Shown here: piece by piece, positions 1 to 11,000 of the stretch
Numbering within the stretch: the stretch's first letter is position 1
How the letters are laid out: each line of letters opens with the position of its first letter
Assembly: GCA_002633005.1 (NCBI GenBank)
Contig: NMRA01000441.1
Span: 248,001-312,000 of the forward strand
DNA: 64,000 nucleotides
Source: Phoronis australis
Taxonomy: Eukaryota; Animalia; Phoronida
Reading direction: 5' to 3'
Made by a program: the position numbers and the translations under genes
The notes under the pieces: generated by a model
The model's input: the letters and a program-made list of their open reading frames with translations, nothing else
Databases searched by the model: none
Told to the model about the DNA's origin: nothing

Positions 1-555
1 GCAAAAACTGGCTAAACTGAAATGTTGTAGCCAGGACTTACTAAGAATACATCCGGAGCTAGTAGTCTACACATTTCGTTGTCTTTCTCTTTTCGACTGC
101 TCCTGCCTCAAGACGGTCGCCACGATCTCATCCTGTCGTCTTCAAATCATGGGGGCACGTGCACCCCTCTTTCCACGGCGCTGGAAAAAATACAACCCAT
201 CGACAATGGATAGTTCCGACTTATCAATATCATCAATTCGAGCTTCCGATACCGGGATGTGTATGGGAGTTTTTTTTTTAATCATTGACAACGCGGAATC
301 GAACCCACATGAGCTTCTGTGGTAACTCTGTTGAACTTTGCGAATCTTACTTGAGCTTCAGTGCCGCGGGAAGCGCAAATTCAGATATTGTTTGCGCTTG
401 TAGGACTTCACCATAACTACGGTGAGTTTGGCCCGACTGCGTTTGTCGGAACAATCCGATTTCTCGAATACGTCCAGGAGGCAAATATACGCTTTTTGTT
501 GAATTGGGAACGCATTTGACCGGGTTAGCATGGATAAAACTCCGGTAATTAGCTG

Positions 556-640
556 GAAAAGGCACCCTCTCTTAAGTAATTTGGAAGTATTACCACCACT
601 CCAACTGGAATATTCCGCATACGCCATGTAAGTACCCCGG
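556..640. repeat. Interspersed repeat end (..CCATGTAAGTACCCC), second copy at ~28860-28921
   Basis: aaaaggcaccctctcttaag...catacgccatgtaagtaccccggg vs aaaaagacaccacccctctaag...catcgcccatgtaagtaccccc; resembles a DNA-transposon TIR. Confidence 0.5.
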
Positions 641-760
641 GCACAATGGAATAAATTTTTGGAATCATTTGAGCAAGTTCCATAACAAATCATCTGAAGT
701 GTAATGAGCGTGCTCCAGCACGCTTACTGAATTATTAAAAAGGGATTCATTGCGGCAAAT

Positions 761-766
761 TTTATT
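761..766 (-). terminator. Candidate poly(A) signal (AATAAA), possibly for kindlin
   Basis: First canonical minus-strand AATAAA I found downstream of the kindlin stop (~4 kb away); a non-canonical earlier site is equally possible. Confidence 0.3.
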
Positions 767-2923
767 AAAATATACATAGGTTCATAAGTACAGAAATAGA
801 AAGCAACAAACGTACACTACAGAGCAATCGTTAGTATAAGGCCAGCCTTCATTTGGCCAAGCAGCATGCATTGGGTCATCATTCCATCGAGCGTCCTTAA
901 CCAGAGACTGGGTCACAACAGCATCAAACGCCTTCTGCAATTCCTACACCCTTCTTAAACTGATATCTTAAGCTCTGAGGCCTTCTATATCCGACCAGGA
1001 AGAATTTTGAAAATGGCAACAGAAATTCTTAACAAGATCACTTCAACCTTTTGGGGCATCAAATACATTTCATAGCTGGTGCGATACCAACAACGCCACA
1101 ATTCTATCGTATGCAAACCATCCCCTCATCCGGGTATCTTGCATATTGTGGCACAGAATTTCAGAAACAGTGGCGTTTACGCTTAGTTTCGTTTAACTCA
1201 GCTCACCGAGTGTCACAAGTACCGTAAACTAAGACCACAGCTCGCTCAAGGATTTACGGAACTCGAAGCTACACTGGACCGGGTTCCGGAAGGCTAGATT
1301 CTTGCAGCACTTGGCGAAATCGTGCAAATATTCGCAGGCATCACAAGCGAAACACGTCATCTCACTAGCTTTCACTTGAGAATATCTTGCATTACGGAGC
1401 CGGCACGTCTCGCCCACTGACGTATAAACAAGTGAGGCATCGAATACGTTACAAAACCCATACAATGTCAAGGTTAAATTAAACAGAGGGATGATGACAT
1501 ACTTACACGAAAACACGCGCGCATAGCAGTTGCACAAGTGAAAAAATATAGTATTACCTTTCTCTACAATTTTGACCAACATGCAAGTTATGTCATAATT
1601 CAACAAGCACGCATTTACTACAAAATCTACCACCTGCCAAAGACAAATAAATAACTTAACGTCACAAACAACGTTGCACTAGAACTGGTTAACACATCCC
1701 GCTAAATATACAGAAATATTTTACAACGAAACTTGGTCACTACAAGCGAAATCAGTGAAGTTCAAAACGTTTTCCGATTTACGCGTTTGACTAAAGGGAA
1801 AAGTCACCTTTCTCGGTGTTAAGGCCACCGCAGACGAAGAGCTATGAGTTGAGCTGCCTGCCTCAAATGAACGCCAGCTGAGCCGACAGATCATGCCAAC
1901 CTGTGAATGGATAAGCCGCAGGTTCATTCATCTGTTCTGGCGTTATGTCTACCCGTCAGCTAAAGTATCGTTCAGCTTAGCTGGGTGCATGAGGTTATCC
2001 TTCTGCAATGGCCCTACGCTTAAATGCTATAAGAACTAATTCTGCATAACCTTGGCCGTCAAGATAGCTGGCTCAGGTGCCACAGAACTAAGCATATAGC
2101 TCACGTCAAGGCGTGAAAACAATAGGCACTTTCCGAAATACTATGGTACCCTCTCTAGCTCCCAGACATTTTCACAAACTGTGATTGTCACTAAGTTGCC
2201 AAGCTACTTTGCTCAAAAATCGAAAAAAAACACCTTGAAAAAAGTTACTTTCTTTAAACAGCAGGTGTATGTTTCAAAATGAGTGGGGCACACACTAGAA
2301 ACTATTACGCTATTTTTGGCCAAGCCGAAGATTTGTATTCTTGCTAAAAGTTGCACCAAAAACGTTGGCTTTTCCCTTTACGACTTCACGCCAGTGTTTA
2401 TGCCTTGCACAACCAAATGAAGCATTGAGGAAGACCATGTACATAATAAACCACACCATCCACATCTTCCTTAACAAAAGAAACATCTTGACCTTATTAC
2501 AGTAAATATCCATTAGTTTGGTATAAAGAAAAACATAACTTGTCTCAGTGTCATCACTAATGAGCATGTTATGTCATATCTATAAATGATGCCAAACATT
2601 TTCAAATTTTTAAGGCAGGATTAGAGTGTGAGGAATCACATCATAAACTTAAGCTGCTTTTCTGTCAAAAAATACTTCTGACACTACTTACAGTTTATCC
2701 CAAACTGTTCCTCACTTAGTGAAGCGATCTTTGAGCTTGCGAAGATATTACAGTACACGCTCAGCACTATAAGTTCTTCACAGGCTCAGAAACAAGCCGA
2801 AACCACTTTTAGACAGTTAGCAGTCAAAGTAGAAAATCAGTCTTCTTGGAAGAATGGTTCATAGCTGGCTTGAGGTTTTTTATCGTGACCTACTACTCAA
2901 GCATTTGACCTATTACAATACAG

Positions 2924-3158
2924 AGGCCTGTTCCAAGAAACTGACTTAAGTTCATTTTTACTGGAGTTTAAGATTTCTCTCAACTTCCAAACTTTGAAAC
3001 TGCCACATCTAGTAAGTAAGTCAAAATTAAGACAAAACATAAGTCAAAAACTTGAATCTCTTTCTTGAAAGGGACTTGAGACAAGTTTAAGTTTTATCTT
3101 AAAATTGGCTGGAATTTAAGATTTGTCTTAACTAAGGCAGTTTTCTTGGAAGGGGCCC
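2924..3158. mobile_element. Small MITE with GGCC..TTCCAAGAAA TIRs, Harbinger-like
   Basis: Left aggcctgttccaagaaactgacttaag vs reverse complement of right gggccccttccaagaaaactgccttag; flanked by CAG/CAG. Confidence 0.65.
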
Positions 3159-4465
3159 CAGGGCTATATATTAAAAGTCAGCACTACATTACATCACTTT
3201 TGCTAAATATTTTCTACAAGCGCACAGGGCCAACTTATTTCTACAGCATCATTTGAGATGTGTACCCGTTTGTCGAACTTTGTTCATCCAAGCCCATGAA
3301 AAGCACATTTCGTTGAGTAACCATTATGCCAGAATTTTAAATCAAACAGTGTGAATTAAAGTTTTGTTGTATCAACATTTAAGGCCAGTAACAACCAAGA
3401 ATGTGTATATGGTAATTATCAGCAGACTATAATGGCCTTGAATTTAACCAAACCAACAAGAGTGGGTTTGAATACTTTAAGTCATTTCAATTTACAGACA
3501 AACGTTGAAAGGTTTTCAGAGAACATTCACTTTCAAATCACTGACTTTCATGTTTTTTCCAATTCAAACTGTGGCATTATTTTACATAAATTTTGTACCA
3601 TTAAAGAAACTCAAAAATGTGCCAGCAGTTCATGTGCCCAAAGAAATGAGTTTCCATTAAACCAGGCATATAATACACAAGTGTCGAGTAGTAAGAATTT
3701 TCACAAATCAATGCGATAGTGAGCCAGTAGGCCACAAATTTCTTGTCATATGCAAACAATGGAAGTTATGACATGTCGTATATTTCATGTTGAAATGTGC
3801 ATTCACATCAAGTTGCGAAAATCCTCCCTTAAGAAATGTTCTCCTGTGAAAGCATACACATTTTAAACATAATAGTCATAATTATGAACACGATATCGAA
3901 CATTTCGCAATCGGATTACTTTCTTTTAACAAATGGCAGTACTGTGACAGAAAACAAAAAGTTCCAATAGACATGCTTATAATATGCTTATGAATAATTA
4001 GTATCAACTAATATGTACACACTAAAAATTGATGAGTTTTCTAAAGCCATTGACTGATGAAACATGTCAAAATGACAACAGTCATAGTGTGAAACAGTTC
4101 AAGGCTGAAAGAGAAGAAACACTGTTCACGCCAATGTCACTTTCTCCTCACCAAAGTTTCACTTTGGCAATAACCAAAAAGAAAACACACTGTAAATGCA
4201 AATATACAAGTATGGGTAAATGCAAAAATTGTACCTGGAGGTAACATGTCTCACAGTTTACACTAAATGATGAGTAAGTGTTTAATTATTCAGCTGGGCT
4301 AGTCAAATAAAATTACACCTGTATGTAGTGGCTATATCATCAGAAGGCACTCAAAACCTAACAATACATTCACAATAGCCCAAGAGCTTCAGTATTTTGG
4401 TTTGAAAATTGCGCTCCGATCACGTCTCATCACCAAAAAAACACAATGCAATGTAATAAAACAAC

Positions 4466-4491
4466 AATAATAATAATAATAATAATAATAA
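4466..4491. repeat. (AAT)n microsatellite in the kindlin 3' UTR region
   Basis: Directly visible. Confidence 0.9.
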
Positions 4492-4804
4492 CAATAGTTT
4501 GACAACTTTTGGCTACACCAACAAAGTCAAGATCTGTATACTTATATAAATAACGTTGCACTACACTCCATTATCCTTGATCCCAGCTACGTCCACTCCT
4601 TTGATTTAGATCTCAAAAACTTTATGGGAATCGCTATGACCTTCGCAATGAAATTCTCCTATATCGGATATATCTCCCTCGCACCGGTCACATTCAACTT
4701 CACACATTTTCACGTCTGCTCTCCACAGTGTCTGGTGACTGTATCGTCTGCTCCATCGTCTGCTCTAATGAACTCATTGTCTGCACTGCTCACTTTTAGC
4801 AGCT

Positions 4805-5095
4805 CTACAACTGACCGCCCGTCAACTTATAGAACATCTCCTCGTTCAAATTCTGATTCTTTTCCTGCGACCTCATTGACAAGAAGATGTAACCACCGAT
4901 GAATTCATGCACGATCTTGCAGTCAACGATAATAGGGTGGAAGGCGACCTTCTCCTCGCTAAAGTTTACCAGCACCTCCTTGATTTCCCAGTTGACCTTC
5001 CACTCCTCCATGTTGCTAAAGCGCCACGTCTTCAATGTGTCACCTGACTGAAGCTCCATACGCATAATTCTATTAGATGCCACACCCATCAGCTC
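4805..5095 (-). CDS. FERMT: Kindlin last coding exon (F3 PTB-like subdomain) ELMGVASNR...[10 protein letters not shown]
   Basis: Acceptor tctttttggtcAG, 291 nt to TAG at 4805-4807. Confidence 0.96.
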   Translation of the reverse strand, partial: ELMGVASNRIMRMELQSGDTLKTWRFSNMEEWKVNWEIKEVLVNFSEEKVAFHPIIVDCKIVHEFIGGYIFLSMRSQEKNQNLNEEMFYKLTGGQL

Positions 5096-8000
5096 CTGAC
5101 CAAAAAGACATGCGAAAAGTTAACGGCATTAAATACAGAGTGATAAATTAATGATACGCTAAATACATATCAGAATAAAATTTGTAACTTGTAGCGACCG
5201 ATCGGAAAGAATTTTTCCCCAGATTCGAAAAATACCCATCAAAGAAAACAGGAACCTATCTCATCAGTGTTGCGACTTGTACTGCTGCTGGTGAAAACTA
5301 GGAATAACAGTTGACACACAAACCATGTTGTTGGAAGTAACAAGTCACTGGAACTCATACACACCCAACTGGCCACAGAAGAGAGGGCGTTCAAAAGCAG
5401 GAATATTCAAAACATCTGTAGATCGCAAAATTTCTCAGCTACGCCACACCCATCCCCAATACAATGACCTCGTAGGAAAGAACAAGATCTCCTTAATGAC
5501 TGAATAAAAGTTGAATAATATGTAAAGTCAGATGCACACTAACGAACAATGACCACAAAATGTTAATACAAAACAGTAAAATTAATACGATTTAAATAAC
5601 AAAATTGGAGTATTTAGCAAAATCTGAGAATACATTTTGATAAAATTTTAAAAGAAATTCACAACCCTGTTGTCTCATACAGATACCATTTATGAAGCTG
5701 GTTCAAAATTTCTCAGAACTCCAGAGCCCACTAGTAATTCCTATTCTTAACATATACATGCATTTAACACTACATAGCCTGTAAGTTCCGTGGTGTTATA
5801 AAAAATCTCATAAATCGTGAAAATGATAAAGCCCAGCAAACCACGACAACTCAACGCACTTTTACAAACACCTGCCAAAGTTCACTTTACGGAAAAGCAT
5901 CAGCCAACAATTTCAGCAAAGGGAACTCTGAAATTGCCTGTAATGAGTGCGTACCTCCTTTTTGGATCCTCTGAACTTGACCAAGAAGTATGTGACGCCG
6001 TAGTCCGGAAGGGCTTGCCAGGCCTTGATGTAGTTCATCTTGGCCTCAAGTAAAGTCATGTCCCTGGCATTTACATGCGCCTCTAGGATTCGTGTGGTCA
6101 GCTTTAACAACAAAAACATTTGACAACAACTGATCAGCACAGCTAAGACCTAGACAATTATGAATTCAGTGATCCCAACTGTCTTCTTCCCTGCATTTTT
6201 GTTTTTCACAATCAAGAAATACATATTTAACTCACCAAAAATGAACAACGAGTCTACCCAGTTATCATCTGGAGGCATAAATTTTAAATAGTACAAAGAA
6301 CTTGATAAAGTTCAGCTACAGTTATGGCCCAGGCATAAAAATATGCCATCCAACAATTTACATATGGTTCTCATAAAATTATGGGCATGACTTCAACTTG
6401 GCAAGCTTTATAAAAACCCTCAAGAAAAACAACAGAAGATTAGACTGAAAATCAGTCAATTACTGTCAAAACAGTTAAGCAGACACAATGCAGAAAAAAA
6501 AATTGCAAGTAAGTAACAAATGATGAAAAGAGAATCAACACATTTTTTCAAATTCAACCACTACACCAGACGCACATGACTGTTTTCTTATTTTTTAAAA
6601 AACAATGTACAACATGTCCGGTTGACTCACATTTTTTGATTTGTTCTTCTTGATATACTTGACTGACAGATAGTCCTCTGGGTTGATGTCCATTTCCCGA
6701 GGGTCCAGTGCCGGGGCTGGGGCCGGTGTCTGCATGTTGATCAGTGACTTGATCTCCTTCACTTCAGCGTCGTAGGTGCTGTCGGCCATTGTCTTGCCTT
6801 TAGCTGCCAGCTTGCATGCCGCCATCCAGCGGGCATATTGGTCTTCCTGTATGAGGAAATGGCATGCAGTGATGGTCGAGTCACATGCTGTGTTAACACC
6901 AGAGGGCGCATTCAGTATTGCTACTAAGTCACTTGTGACTGAGACACTTTCAGGGACAGAACTGGCATTTTGTACAAAACCTAATCATAACTGATGTGTC
7001 GCAAATGAGCAATGATGAAAAAACACTGCTATCAACACGTAATGTTAGCCTAAAGCTTAGGCTTTGAATATTTCCTCTAATAACCAAGTTGTAAAACTTC
7101 TTAAGTTGAATTTGTCAAACTTTTACATCATATTAAAAATGGTATACAGTTGGGAGGACTTTCTTTCTTGGTATACCAACAGTACATGACGTATTATGGT
7201 TGGTTACTTGTCGTTAACTCTCACAAATCAAAAAATAGTCAAAAAGTAGGAAAATGTGACAATCCAACCTCTGGTGTTCCAGGGGAGACAAAGTGCTACC
7301 TGGCAATCTAAAAACTGATACAGCCAACAAAATTATTTTATTTTCAAATATTTTATTTTACCTTAGACCTGATGACAACCTGCTTCTTTGTTTAATTCAA
7401 GAAATTTACCCATCCGCAAACCTGGACAAAAGTAGTTAAAAAGTGGGAATTTCGAGAAAATGTGAAAAAAGTAGAAAAACCTCCAAGAAAGGAGGTAAAA
7501 GTGGGAATCGTTGGGAGGCCTGCCATAATTCCACATCCGTCGTCACTTTCAAAGGTGGCCATTTTCGTTAACAATATGTTCGACAGTTAGGTCAAGAGCT
7601 TTTTAACTGAACACTAGCGAGATATTGGCATACACCAGTAATATCTTACGTGATTTTGCTCAACTTGTAAAACATAAGCCTTACTGATTGCACCCCGTGG
7701 TTTTGCCAGGTCTACAACTAGCGACCCCTATTAAGTTTTTCACAAAGAAAAAACGAAGAGTCAAGTGACATGATAAGACCTGATACAGTTAATACTGCAA
7801 ACAGTATATTTCGGACACAGAAAAAGTTTTCTTAAAAAGCTTTTGCCTGTGTCTATGATAAAGTTAGAAATGTCGGTCATTAAAAATGTAAGCTAATGGC
7901 GCCTAAAACAAAGCAAACTTTAATTAGAAACAATGAATTCTTAAATGAAAAATTTCAAAAAAGGTCACCTATGATAAGTAACCATTCTGCCCCATTGGTG

Positions 8001-11000
8001 AGACTGTCTCGTCAACAACTGCTAATCTCATATCACAGGTGAACATTAATCATCCACCTGCCAAGTGAGCCAAGCAAATGTGAACTCTATCACTCACCGT
8101 TTCACATCTGATCCAGGTCTCAGACATGTCTTCCGCTGATGGCACTAAAAGCTTGATACAGTACTTCTGAGCAGCAATGTTCACATCCGCCTGTACCTCG
8201 CAACCTGCGATGAGAAGATAAAGAAGACAAAATAATACAGTAATTAAGGTCATCGGCAAATCTTCCGGTCTATTTAGAAAAGCACATGCTTCGAATTTCT
8301 CACTTCAGAAAAATTTCCTCTAGAAATAAATTTGTGACCAGCATGTCAAGTAGCAACTGAAGCGCACAACATATGTGCAGCATTGTGGGTAGATACCATA
8401 GACATGGAAAGGCTCTGTGGTGTTATGCTACGTGACTATTGAATTGTGGTCACATAACTTTCTCAGACAAGTGTAACAGTAGGAAACCAAACACTCAAGA
8501 AAGAACACTTCGGCTGTTTTCAGCTGAGGCTATAGGCCAGGCTTTGAACACTGTCGATCAAAGTGAAGGTCCGTAGTCAACCACTGTAGTCAAACCATAG
8601 ACTTTTAGACCTAACTATAACCCAGCCACACAGGAGACTTGAGCTAGCAAAGTCACAAAATGACAACATGCGTATAGTTGCAAATAAATTGAACATTTCA
8701 TTGCTTGGTCAGTGGTATTCACCACACAGTGATATCAACCAGATTACGTTCATGTGCTTGCTTCAATACCAGCTTCTTTATGCATGACTTTTTTCTATTC
8801 TGGTGGACTGTGGCTCGCGAAGTGAGAACAGTTTAGAAATACCTTTCAGGTTGACCTTTGACAGCGGCGACCCCCTCGCGTCCTCTTTACATTTAAACAT
8901 TGAAATTGACGTGTCCTTGAAGACGAACCAATATTTTTTGTAGCTTTTCATTGTGAACTTTTTTTGCCTACAAGAAAATACGAGACTTGAAACAGTAGTA
9001 TACTAGCACAAAATTTTTGTCCTTTAACAAAAAGCGAGTGCCACGCTTCAAAAAGATTTACTTTGCACCCATCGCACACACTTAATTTAATACACTATAA
9101 GAGAATTCATTCACAACAAGACCTGTATTCTGAGGAGTCCAACAATTAATACTACGACTACTACTATCGAACTAATACTTACGAACTAAGCAGTAATTCT
9201 TCACTTAGCACACATTATGGCAGGCAAAAAAAATTTGATTTTGTAAAATTTCTTTACAAAAATATAAACTAAGAATTTATTACAAGTATTTGTTGCAAAG
9301 TGGTAAAGTTTCCATTGTGGGTAACAAGGTAACCAGCCTTTGAAAAATGGAAAAGGACAATTTTGGAATTTTTTGTGCAAAATAAGAGGAGACTTATCAT
9401 TCAGAATTCTATTGCATACTCAGCAGTTTCCAACAAGATAAGCTCAACACAATGCTCACAACAGTATTTTGAAGCTTGGTCAATGTCACTATCACACTAA
9501 CATCACAACTCGCCTGTCAGTGACAACAATCTAGAACTACCACTGCAAATCCTCTTCAAATGTCAGCACATGGATTAATCTGTATACACTAAAAAATTCT
9601 TTAGTTTGCTGATGGAATGGAGATAGTGCGAAAGGTAAGAAAAGTTGCGGCAGACTTTCAATAGACTGGAAGTTCTCTAATGTGAAAGCTACATCAAAAC
9701 TGCATGCCTACTTCAAACATCTCAGGTAGTCTGCTAGTTCGGGTATATGCGTGATGTCGCTGGGCGAGGAGACGCTGGAGCCTTCCAGCGACACCTGGAG
9801 GTCAGTGAGAGCAGCGTCGATGTCATCCTTTCCCTCATCTCCATGGTGTCCGTTGGTACCGTCCAATTCTGATTGGCCGATTTGAGTCTGTAGCTGTATT
9901 TGAAGCTGCAAGCAACAACGAATCGTCAACACAACATACCTGAACAAACATTACAAGATCAATATCATGGATCTCTTTTCTTCACGATCGAGACTAAAAT
10001 GGAAATAGTTTCATGATCTTCTCCATCAGAAATGTTGAAACGCAACCGTGACAACATATTATCAGCATTTGCTGGTTTTGTGATTAACTGAGAATTGCAT
10101 GTCGGTTTGCCTTTTATAAGTCATCAGGGGTCAAAACTAAACAAGTGGTATTTATAAGGACAAGTACTGAAACAAGTCATCCAACCGAGCTTTCCACAAA
10201 ACTGCCAACAACTCAAACCTGTAAGGCAGCAAACATCATCATCTCCTCTTCAGAGCAGTCAATCTCCTCGGAAATGAGAGACCACTTGGCCTGCTCGTAA
10301 ATCTGATTGATACGGATCGGGTCGTACTTGGGATTCAAGTCATAGAAACTGTAGTACTTGAAGCGCAACATCAGCAGGTCGTTCTCGCGGACTCCCTGTT
10401 CCATCAACGACTTGGAAGAAATCAGCCACCTGTGGATATAGATGGTAACAAATGATCGTATTATACACCGAGCTAGAGGTATTTAATATATCTCGCATAA
10501 AAGACCACTTCCATTTTTCTTCATGCTTTAACACCAAATAAAGAAATAGAACATTCTAATTAAGCCTATGGAACTTTTCTTAATTAAAGCCCTATGCAGC
10601 AACATCTTGGCAAACCATTGTTTTGGCTTGTTAAGCAGTGAATCTCGCTCACTTTGGTCTTTACAATGGCAAGTTAGCGTTACAAATTACACACGGTAAG
10701 ATTGCTTCTACGTGGATTTATTTCACAGCTGGTAACTTCATTTATCCGAGTTAAAAGTTTGCTTGGCCTAATCTAGTGCTATATAGGTTCGCATGTATTT
10801 CCTTGTCATGAAAACATCAATTTCAACGAAATGAGAAATAAGTGAGGATAGAATCAAAGACTGAAACCGTCAAATTTTGAAAGTACTGGCCAGCCCTATG
10901 ATTTTCTGAATACTTTGCGACTTGAAATGCTACCCAGCACACAAAGAAGTCCTATCAAGGTAAGGGAAACTTCCAAACTGATTCTGTAGCTTTAAGTGGC

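Noticed and set aside
351-693. Possible exon/small ORF (acceptor at 553, donor AA|GTAAGA at 350; 111-aa ORF with a hydrophobic stretch)
   Set aside because: No recognisable homology, no phase-compatible partner exon with good splice sites, and it overlaps a repeat end (556-640) also found near 28900.
4796-4807. Stop-codon readthrough of kindlin
   Set aside because: TAG is followed by AGC TGC TAA: not a readthrough context and only a 2-codon extension.
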